The notes below the pieces were generated by a model. It was not told the DNA's origin. It saw only the letters and a list, made by a program, of their open reading frames with translations, and did not search any database. This document shows, one piece after another, positions 45,048-57,000 of a stretch of 64,000 bases of DNA. Each line of letters begins with the position of its first letter. Positions within the stretch are counted from its first letter, which is position 1. The position numbers were made by a program, and so were the translations under genes. Origin of the DNA: Lepidodermella squamata (Eukaryota; Animalia; Gastrotricha); NCBI GenBank assembly GCA_047495785.1, contig JBLDXI010000024.1, positions 4,774,001 through 4,838,000 on the forward strand, written 5' to 3'.

Positions 45048-48000
45048 TTAGTCAGCTTGCTGCGAATTCAACAGCTTTCGCTTCTTTCCAGTCTGCGGCG
45101 CTTTCGGCCGGCTGTAACTCTCCTCGTCCTCTTCGTTACCCTCGCCATTCTCATCAGACTCCTGCCTAGAAGCCATCGGCCGCTTTTTCGGCGGCGGATT
45201 GTCCGGAGTTTTCTTCTGGCTCTTCTTCTGCGACTTTGCCTGCGATTTAGACGGCGATTTCTGGGTCGACTTCCCCGCATTTTCCCCACCACCTGTTGCT
45301 TTTCCCCCGACAACTTCTAACCTAAGCCGGAAATCACGAACCGTCGACCGTTTCATATTCGCCCCCAATCCGTGCAAACCTTTCCGCTTTGAAAGTCGCA
45401 AAACCATTTGTTCGTACTGTTCAATTGCAAAAATTAACGACGGCAAAAGACGGGCCTCAAGTGAGGACCCGCCACTAGCAGCTTTTGGGGTGACAGACCG
45501 AGCAGCCTCCTCTTGCTCTTCCTGATCCGGGTCATCCTCGTCCATATCGTCGTCCTTCTTCTTTTTAGCCGCTTTTTTCTTAGCGGCTTTCGCCTTTTTC
45601 TTCAAAGTTTCCTGTTCCATGGTCTGAAAACGCGACATGGCGTCGTAGATCACAGATTGGAACTCGGCCCCTGTTACGCGGACCAATTCGTTGAAGCCAT
45701 AGGGCAGCCACCCGGCTTTGTTCCCCTTCGCAAACATTCCCAAAGCTGATTGGACCAACCGAGTTGATCGCCAAAGCGAATCGTAGAGCTTTGTCAGAGT
45801 TTTCAGGGCATTCAGCAGCACAGCTCGAGATTCCAAGTTCGACTCCAAGATACCTGTAAAATATAATGCGGAAAGACTGGGAAGAAAACGATAATTCCAC
45901 AAACTTTTCAGAGATTTGACCAATGCGTATTGGTGTTCGAACACGCTTTTCCAGAAATTGTCTCGTAATTTCGGAATTTTTTGCCCCGGATTAGCCGGGT
46001 TGAGGATGACGTTAGGACTGTCGTCTGGAATCATCAGCCAGAGGCGAATAAGTTCCAGTACGAAGTTGGCATCGACGAGTTCGATTTCGACCTGGTGCAG
46101 TAACGGGGCGATTGAGCAGGTCATGGCGTTGGAAGGCGTGATGCTCGCGAATGTGCCTCGGGCCGGGGCGGCTGCCACACGGTCTGAGCCTTGGCTTTCC
46201 GTGGCTTCAGCATCTGGCCGGCCGAGTTTCTGAGACACTTCTTCACTCAGTTCCTGCAACATCGAGCGATACTTGCGGTCGCAGCGATAGCCTGGGTTAG
46301 AGAAGTAAACGTAACTCATTATCTGAGCAGAAAATCGTTCAAATCAAATGCTACAAGCTGCAATGCACAAAGAAAAAATGAAAAAATCTCAGGGGCAAAC
46401 CTGATTCCAGTAGAAAATCGATAGCCGCCTTGCACGAAGCATTCCGGTTGATTTCCTTCGCGCAACACAGCTGTTTGATTTCTTCATCAGCTTTCACAGC
46501 AGGGGGGGTCAAGTTATCGCCATCCTGCACATCCGTCCTCGCCGCCAGCGATTTCACCAGCGCCAACAACGCCGCAAATTCATGGCCAAGCGATGCGTCT
46601 TTCGCTGTCGAAGCGCTTGTCGCGTTTGTAACATCGCCGGGGTTGGCTTCAGTCACAACTTCGGTCATGAGCTGGAAAAACGCGCCGATGAAGGCCGATC
46701 GAAGTTTGGTCTCATCGCCCTCGTCCTCGTCGATGTCAGTCGCCAGTTCGAGTAGGAGGTCTCGCATACTAGCGGCTGATTGGTTCGTCGCAGCTGCAGC
46801 GCTTTGTGGCGGCTGGGCGATGGGTAGGACTCGTTTTGGCCGGGATAGCTGTGAGAAAACCGACTGCAGGAAGTCGTAGCATGCCGTAGATACAATTCGA
46901 GTGTCGTCACGCATTCGCTCAAAACGACCTTGCACAATTTCCAGGGAAATTCTGTCGAAACAAAAATCAATAATACAGTGAAGATCTACCTACGCCTGGT
47001 TCCACACACTTTTCGCATACGGTTTCACACGATTTCTATTGCTCCGAAGGAGACTTGAAATCAATTCAGAACATAACTATAAGGACTGTATGTTTTACCG
47101 GTAACCGGGAACTAAATGCCGCGTATAAAGCAATCCAACATGAAATTGTAGGCCAGGACTATAATCCCAGGATTTGCTTATCAAATCCACCTTATGGCGT
47201 GTCAATCCTCAATACAGTAAATGTCTAATATAGCGTTAGCTTTTATCGGCATAAGTGCCCTTATATTGAATGTTGACATTGAACCTGATTTTTGATAGCC
47301 CAGTGAATCCCAAATTGACCACAAACTGGATTCGAATTCAAATCCATTTTATTCTATTTGAGTGAAGATATCTCTATTTGTATTCGAAATTTCAAGTATC
47401 GATCAGTATAAATTTACGAAGATTGATAATTCAGGAAGTTCGATGGATCGGTATCCTTCAAAATATCAAAATTCAATTCCTCGATATTGACGGGCTTCAA
47501 TGTTCAAAAATAATGTTGATATCAACATTACATAGAAACCCCACTGCTAAAAATCTTCGCGGTAATCTTAAATTTGCGTATCGACCATTGAGCATTTTAT
47601 AGTTTCGCGAAATTTGATTCTCAAGTATAAGTGTCGCAAGTATATTGGTAGCCTGAAATCTGGAACAACGCCAAATTATTTCGCGAACATTTTTCAACTC
47701 AAGTAAAGATTGAGCAATTCGTCTTTTTGGAAATGTCAAATTTTTCAATTTTTTCCCAGGCATGCATATCAGCCCCAAAATAAACATGTTTTTGACGAGG
47801 AAAAACAAGAAGCAAAATATTAAATTCGGCGCCCAACCGACAGTCAAATGAAAATGTGAGTGATGAACGAAAAATTCTATTCAAAGTAAACAGCAACGCC
47901 ACAAGGAGCGCTTAACAGCCACGTTAATGAAAAATTCCTAATTTTTCGGTCCGGATATGAGCGCTGAACATGCCGAATTTCGACAGCACCGTGGTACACT

Positions 48001-51000
48001 GCGATCAAAGGCACACTCTAATTTTCGTGAACATTCGATAAAAAGTTGGAAATACAATGAGACGTATAGCTATAACGGCATTGATTCTGGCTTGCGCATC
48101 CCTGAAGCCATCGGCCGGTTCATTCTGGCCGCCAAGGGGGCCGCAATACGTGCAATTCTTTCTGCCAATGGATGACACCAAAACGCTGGTGGACGTAACG
48201 AACAAAACCGCAGTTACAACAAGTGGAGCCCCGCAAACTGCCATTCCCGGGCCATTCGGAGTGGCGAATACGTCTTACGGCATTGGGAATTCTCGAGCCA
48301 TCTGTACGATTACAACTAGAACGCCATTTACCAGTGATTTCACGATCTCATTCTACTTTTACCCTGATGCAGCTGATCAGACTACAGAACGCGGAATTTT
48401 CTGGTTTTCTGATACAACCTATGGTTACAACAGATTATCGCTGTCGTATTCAAAATCTGATTCCAGTTTGACGCTGCGAACATCGAGCGGTCAATTCGGT
48501 TCTGTGCCCAACGCAGTGACACCTGGCAAGTGGAACTTCGTGGCGATAACGAACGCTCAAAATACCGTGACAGTTTACACTGGAGACCAAACACCTAGCA
48601 GTAAAGCTTTCACTAAAATTGCCATCTCCATTTCGACGGCTTACACGGTATACATCGGGAAATCAGAGACATCTAGCCTGGCAAAAAACGATGCGATCGC
48701 GTGCTTCATGAGCTATGGCTCAGAGTTAGCCTCGGACGAGGTGCAACAACTCCCAGAGTACTGCCGTACATGGAGGGACAAAAAGCAAACTTCGCCGCTC
48801 AGTACGTGGCCGAAAAACTCAAACTTGAAGCTATTCATGCCGATGGATGACTATTCGTATTTAAATGATGTCGCCCGCGGAATAGATGTGAACGGCAATG
48901 GCAATCAGAACAGCTGGCTGGGAGCGCTTCAAACAACGTTAAACGGACCATTCGGACAGCCGAATTCGTCATTCGGACCGGTTGGCAACAGAATCGCAAC
49001 ACTTATATGGTTGGGGAGCACACCATATTTCCCACCGTCAATGACACTCGCCTTCTACGTCTTCATCAGTAGTAAAACGACCGATACGAAGCGTGGAGTA
49101 ATAAGCTTTTATTCGAATCAGCTAACGAAGAAGAATTTCTTCCGAGTGATTTACGAGCCGTCAAATACACTGACTGTTACACTGGGCGCAACTTCTCTCC
49201 TTTCAGTTTCCCCTGTTTTAACGGTCGACAAATGGGTTTTCCTCGCGATAACTTACAATGCAACGAGTAGAAATGTAGAAATTTTCTCAGGCTCGCCCGT
49301 TAACTCTTGGAAATCAATGAGTGTTTCGAATCTCGATTTTACTGCAGCAAGCGAACTGCGGCTCGGCGGTTCGGTCGATGGCTGGGATAGCACTACTAAT
49401 ATCCCACTGCAATCAGGCGACGCTATGGCTTGCCTATTCTACTACGACACGGTTTTATCCAATCAGGAGATCGACCTTCTGCCTAATGCGTGCCAGTATT
49501 GGAGGACGGCCCCACCGACTACAACTACCTCCACTACATCGACATCAACTTCAACATCCTCGTCGACTTCAGCTAAATCCACATCCATGTCTACATCCAC
49601 GTCGACTGCTTCAGCTACGACCGGTGCTTCTTCAAGCACCACAGCGGCAATGACTACAACTACGACCCCTCCAGCAACGCCAATGCCAACGCAACCGAGC
49701 ACCAAAGAATATGTCATGCCGCCTATAACTGAAACGGTAACTGCGAAACCAGTCTACCTACAAGACTATGCTGGGAAGCCACCGTCAGTCGTAGAAAGCG
49801 TTATCCCGGTGATGCCACCTGAATCAAGCAATCCTGAGCCAGTTTCAAATTTTTTGCAAGAGTGCGACCACTTTTCGTCTGAACGCTCTGTCCCGCCGAA
49901 CAACGACCAACCGAATTTGGTGACTATTGCCTTCAACGTCGCTGGCCTAAACGGGATTGACAATGTTGAGGAAACGATCGAAATAGCTGGTGTGGTAGTC
50001 TTGACGTGGAATGTCTCAACCTGCCCAATGAATAGCACAACCGCAGTTACGAAGGTCGCCCAGTCTCTGTACGTACCTTCTCCTGGTGCTATATGGACAC
50101 CGAAACTACGATTCACGAGCACGGCTACGGGTAATGTCTTCATGAAGGAGACGAGCAACGAGCCGTTTGGCGTGGACTTGACAATGACAATGGAACCTGG
50201 TGCCGTGAACCAAACTTTCGCGTTCTTTTGGACAAGTGAAGGCATTTACAGATCTGTTTGCACACTCACTCTCGATCGTTTCCCTTTCGACCGGCAAACA
50301 TGCACTTTTACCTTCGAGCTGGTGCGATCAACGAAGGTTGTTAAGTTCGATGAAACAAAGAATCTTTTCTCATGGCAAGACGTCGTCACGGAAGAATGGC
50401 GATGGGTTTCGTCGCAAGTCAACTATGCGCCGGGCTACTTCAAAGGCTTCGAAGTTCACCATGTTGAGTACACAGTTGTACTGGAGAGAATTCCCGACTA
50501 CTACATACTCAATCTCGGTTTGCCAAGCGCATTGCTGGCTGGTCTGAATTTGGGTACATTTTTCCTGCCGCCTGATGCCCCGGATCGGCCGAATTTCGCA
50601 GTCACAACTCTTCTAGCGCTTACGGTCGCCCAATCGGACGTTTTAGGCCAGCTACCGAAAACTCAGAACAGAATTCTTATGGGTGACTACATCAAGGCAG
50701 TCGAACTTTTCGCAGCTTCAATCACTGTCTATCACCTGCTAGCCTGCCTCCTCGCTGGGACAGATTGGGGGGTGCGAAAAATATTTGGCAAGAAAATCAG
50801 TGTTGTACGTTCGATAGATCTGCTAGTTTTCTTGGCAGCAACGGTGGGTTTTGTTGCAATTCATGCTTATTGCGTACGAATGATGAACCAGTAAGACAGC
50901 TTATGTCTAGCTCCAACTATGAATTTCATTATTCAAAATGAATGAAAATTGGGTGATCTTGAAGTATGTACGGAGATAGAAATGTCAGGCGAAGTCAAAA

Positions 51001-54000
51001 ATTTCCATAATTTACTTATATCCTTTCTTAATTCATACTTATACAAGCAAATAGATTCGTAGATGGATAGACGCGTGGAAAACGGAAACAATTAATTTTG
51101 CATTCATCGAGTCTTATATTTCATATTTCAAACTTCAAAGTGTCTAAACCGCTTGTCTAATTTTATATCACATCATACTCTCTGACATTGTGAAGTGCTC
51201 TTGATACATTATACTTTCTTACCTCAAGGCAGTTTATCATATTTTTAGCTGTCGCCTCTATTTAATCATCTTACAAACAAATTGTATAAGCGTGAAAGAT
51301 AGCATCTGTTGTAATACAATTATTATTTGTTGTAATTATTTAGAACTTACGAGACCAATTTCATATTACGTGAAATCTTTGTCATCTCGAGTGTGATGAA
51401 TATTTTCGATGAGGCTTTTATTCTCTACCTGTATCTTATCCAATACAAATAAAGGCAAAAAACCAAATATTCAAGACCCGTTATCCGTTATGTTAGGATC
51501 AAAAATATTAGCAAACACGGTAGCAATCCTGAACAGGTTCTGCGATCAGGACTTTTCCGCAATATTTGAATTTTTGTTGAACAAGAGCAGGATCATATCG
51601 GTATGATTGATCAATAATGGAATCGCGAGGATTCGATGTAAACAAAGTGGCAGGATATGAAACCGGCGCTACTGTGCCCTGTGCCGCAGAAAAAAAACAC
51701 AACCGAAAAACTGTGGAAATGAATCAACGAATCTATAAAACTAAATCATCGATTCAGATGGAAAAAATACAAAACCTGCACGCGAAAATGGGAAAATCAA
51801 TAGAAATTCGGTGGAAGTATAGAAGTTTCATAAGCTTGTCGATTCATAATCTGATTTTCAAGTGAATTTCAATTCCCTGCCAATTTCGCGACATTTCTCC
51901 AGGAAAATTTTGAAATAATGAAAATTTGTCGCGCATCAAGAGTAGACACTGGTCAAAGAAAATTACCTGGCCAACCGGTACGCTGCTTCTGTTAGCCGAC
52001 GATTCTCCGCAAAGCCACTCTTCGCTGCCGAGTGGAGCAGAAACGACACCAACGGCAGCAGACTGTCATCATCCGACTCCGACCTCACCAAACGATCCGC
52101 TCCGCCTTGGCCCAAGAACGCCCGCGTCAAATCGCTCACGAATCGTTCGACAAAGCCCAAATCAATGTAGTAAGTCGGCGAATGTTTAGCCAGCAGTGCA
52201 ACAACCAAAGCTAACCGCGCCTGGGCACCTGATCCGCCGCCCTTTTTGCCATCTTTCTTACCAGCATCGCCCTTCTTCGCGCCGCCTGGTTTCCCACCTT
52301 TCCCAGCACCAGGCTTTTTTCCATTCAGCAAACCACCTGTTGCCGGGATTGCATCGTTGATTCTCAACATAGTTTTGTACAGCTTCAGCACTCGCAAACA
52401 CCTTTTCGCCCTGGGTGATAGGTCCTGGGTTGGCGTGACGCCTGTGAGATTCAACTCATCCCCACGGCCAGCAGCTTCGTGTTCGCTGTATGCCACCTCC
52501 AACATCGCAGATAAGGTGCAAATAATAAGCTTGCATCGTGGGGCGTCAAGATCTGGATCGGCTTTGTCGGGAAGAAGTTCATTAATGCTGCTATTGAAGA
52601 CCAAGCGATCAGCGAGCCACGCGAGTCGTTCACGCATCTGCTCGCAGATTTCGGGCCGGTCTTCTGGTTCGATGCGATCAGCCTCGGCTAAACAGCGGTT
52701 AATGCAGAACAGCAAATCCGCTATCGGCTCAATCAGCTAAAATGAAAAATTGAAAGAAATATTTACCGAGCAATTGGTGTAACAGAAATATTATTACTTC
52801 ATAAAAAAAACCAAAGATTCTATAAATTCGCATGATATGTTTGCACAAATATTGGCCAGGTTGAACTGAAAACAAACAAGACTAACCGCAACGTTGTTTT
52901 TTATTTTTTACTACTATTGGTCAAGAGACGTCAAATGTTTAACTGAAATCCTGTATCATCTCCTACAACAACGTGAGTTCGGTTTGTGAGCTTGAGCACG
53001 CATCATCTGATAAGCGAATGCGCTTCGACGTTCCATCGGTCACACTGAGCGAGTTAACTTCTGAAATAGCGACATATCCTCAAAAACTGTCGACTTCCAA
53101 GGAAAGAATTCGGCTTTAAGAAAGACCCCGACTCCGAAGCCGAAAAGGTTGGATTTTACAATAATCATTCGGAAAACAATCGTGGTTACTGATTTTTTGG
53201 TCAAATCATCTGATTTGGTCAAATCGCTTTTTCCAATTTCAATCACCAAATGCTTTACACGGGTGTTGCTGAATTTCTACTGCAACTACTTTCTACTTTG
53301 TACTACAACCGCTACTACAGCTCAGTTTTTCAATAATGAAGATGAGAACCAAATCGATTTAATCGAATCTGATGAAGTTTTGTTGAGCGAAGAATGGATT
53401 AATGATGGCAATACTTTCTCATTTCTCACAAGCTTTTTTGAAGTAGAATTTAGAATGAAATTCAAAATCGATGTTTTAAGTATTTTATCGGTGGTCGAAC
53501 TAGGTCCGGGTTCTCCCAATGAGAATATCGGCGCTCATAGACGAGCCCGATAAGATCGCTAGCAATCTCGACAACCTCCAGCCATGACTTCACACGACGA
53601 CGACTACAACATCGGATTTTTTTCATCAGGAGTTTTGATTTTTGGGAATTTTCTACTTTCGATCATGCGCTCTACAGCCGTACTTTTATGAACAATGATT
53701 GCGAATTCTGACGTTTCATTCGCCTCCTGAAAAACGAAGACCGTCGAGCTAGCGGTGAATGCAAGATTTGGTCTAGAAAACATTCAAGTCGAGCAATGCT
53801 GCTCTTGGAGTGGAACACCAGTAAGCCACAATTTTCTTGAAATTGCAATCCGACACGAAGTCCTCACGGCGCTGAGCCTACTCGACGTCTTATCAAGTTC
53901 ATTGACTCGATGTAGTTAATTCAAGCTTATTTGTATTGATGATTTGCGCTAATCCTACTTAATTCCACTTACGCGGTAAAGATTTTGGGTTGAGTACAGG

Positions 54001-57000
54001 TTAAGTGAATGCGTGTATGGTCGAGAAAAGGATGGCGAGCCTAACCCACAGATCTGAAATTTTGGGGACCCATTGTTATTTTTCACCGATGATAAATAAA
54101 TCGAATGCTATTTCTTTTGATTTTTTGGGTCCGCGAATGACCGAATATAACAAATAGCGCACAGTTACCCTACTGAGATGCAGAATCAGTTTTAAACTTA
54201 CGTTTCCGTTTTTCACGCATTTGCTGAACAGAATCGGACAGTCGCGTTCGCGATTCGAAACATCGTCATCGGCATCAGCGTCCAAATCCAACGCCCGACT
54301 GTCATCGCCATCCGTTGCCGTAAATTCCTTCATATGATTTGCCAACAACTGCAACACCGGGTCGACCAACTGCGAATTTTTATGCAAAACCTCAGGCAAT
54401 GCATGGTAGATCGCCTTTCGAACATCAGCCTGTTGTTCAAGGCACCGCTTCAAAATGCCCAAAATCTCAAGGCACAACGCGTCGTTTCCAGTTCGATTCG
54501 CTGGGTTTTGCACGCGGTCTCCAATTTTTTTACTAGTTTCCTTCACGTGTTGAATCTGCGAGGCTGAAAATGACGCCTGGCTAGCTTGGGTACTAGCCAG
54601 TCCCCCAACGACCTTGAAGTTCAACAAAAATTGAATGTAACCCTTCGCTGCCAACAGGCGGTGTTCGATTTTTCGGGAGAACAACAATTTTCTCAACAGT
54701 AAAAGCAGCGAATCTCTCAGAGATACGTTAACTTTGAAAAGAAGCATCAGCGTTTTGATAATATCTTCCGCTGTAGCGATTGGGAATGAAGGCAAGTAGT
54801 CGATGAGTTGTCGAAGTTTGGCAGAGTGGCCCATAAGAAAATGGGGCCCCTTCAGAACAAGCTGGCGAACGATGTCGAGGAGAAAACGGCCTCGAACTGG
54901 CGAGGCTGAACCGCTGGATAGAAGGCGTTCGAACAACAGGCCCAAAATTGGCTCCTGAGCGGCCTCTGATGCGTGAAATGCGAGCGCCACCATAGAAACT
55001 GCATGGTTGCAGGCATTCGTCGCGACTGGGGATAGCATCATAGCGGCTAAAAGTAAGATGAAATAACAATAAATTCAACATGCTATCGTTGAGAGACATG
55101 CAATAGACGAATTTCAATTAACCAAGGCTTCTTAACGAGACAGGCTTTTGAATGAGTGGGGGCTTATTTTTCCGGAACTACGGTATTTTTATTTAATTTC
55201 AGCGCATGAAGTATATTCTTTAAACCCGTGTTATTAATCAAAGGTTATTAACTAAAAGCTCATTTATAATAGAATTAAAATCGGACCTAAAACTAAATTG
55301 CTCGCTTCATTCATGAATTTCGATTAATATTAAAAACGCGGGTTATGATACACAATACACCGAGTAGAAATACGGATCACTTTTTTAGCGGATGCATTTT
55401 CAATCTTTGGGGTTCCGGGATTTCATGATTACCTTGAGAGTGCCAAGTTTTGAAATTTAGCTCCATTTCCGGTCAACTTTGGTTTCGCAATATGCATATT
55501 CACATATGGCTATGACGCCAATATTTTGCTTCTTCACTGTGATTCAGAGGAAGTGAGATGAGAATCAGATGTGTTCAAATTTCATAGTGTGTTGTACAAG
55601 CAAAAAATAAGAAAAAACGTGCATCGTTATTTAGGCACAACACCCTACGGCGTTACCAATTGTAAACAAGCCAGAATTAGCATTCTGAAGAGCCTCTCAC
55701 GCCATAATCCAATCTAGATGGATAAATTATTTGGAAAATTCTTTTGCCTCTCAGTCCTGCAAGTGGTAGCATCCCAAGCTGGAGATGAAACGTGCAATAT
55801 GAGCCCTTTCGCGCTGATTTGTTTGCAAAGCTATACAACCATGAATTCGACAACATTGGAAAAGTTCTACACGATTGTTCGAAACCTAACAAATACGGTA
55901 AACTTAGTAATTTGCTCAGCTAGCTCAAAAGAAATAAATCAATTAAAAAAATGAGCTCGCAACTAACAACAGCCAGTGATTTACGGTTGATTACCAAGAA
56001 GACTGTATTTCCAAGGAACCTGGGGACGTCAATCAAACATCGGTGTCCTCTGAAGTCTCACAAGAAATATGCGACATAGTCAATCCGGTCACAGATTGCA
56101 CAGCTAAACAAGGCGCCCGAAAATAAATGGTGGCGGTGCGTCGATGACGACACGCTTGAATATGCGTTCATCAATATGAGCTCGTCGATGACTACGAATC
56201 CCTTTCGAAATTCCAGCGGATTGGAAATCTACGAGAAAATGGAGGCTCTGCATGCATTTTGCGCTCCTTTCTACAGGCCGACTACCACAAGGAGTACAAC
56301 AACATTCTCAACTGCACCCACCAGGCAGTGGGAAAATGCAGCCACCGTTATGATAAATGGAGCAATGTTTGACGCACTTCACTGTCAATTATTTTCAAGG
56401 GTGATACTACCGTCACCAGGCTCATGGGAACCCTTGGATAAGACCGCTGACGGCGAAAGAACTGACGCTTCGCTCGCGAAATTGAGTGAGTTTTGTGCTC
56501 CTTTCCTGAGGGCGACAAATCCTGGGAAAACGACACCTAGCCAGCTTCGGTCGAATGACAACGACTATATGTGGGGGACGTTACTTGGATATTTCGGATA
56601 TACAAGGTTAATATGCCCAGACCTCGACAATTTTTTCTATTTGAACGAGGGTCGCAAAAAATAAGACTATGAATTGCGGCTGTAATGCTTACGATATATT
56701 TATTCTAGATATTAACTTACCAGTTGGGAATAAAATTAAATCTCTCATCTTCCCGAAATTTCAAATTCTAAAAGGCTGCAAGATCCGACAAGGCCTGTGA
56801 ACATGATAAATTTGGACACTCCGGCTATGCTGAACAATAGAAATACAATTTGGATGTGTTTGGAACAAACTATTATTAGTATTATGTTTCATGCAGCAGG
56901 TATACATTTACTCGATAAAATTACTCCATAGTAGAAAATTTGCCATTTCAAACTCAATGATCACTTTCAGTTATTTACCTGTTAGAGCGTCCAGCATGAA

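Noticed and set aside
46292-46400. Apparent frameshift in FANCI
   Set aside because: Resolved by the acceptor CTAACCCAG at 46292, which gives an in-frame phase-1 junction
53000-53900. Possible additional nested gene in a FANCI intron
   Set aside because: Short ORFs on both strands with stops, no recognisable motif or splice model
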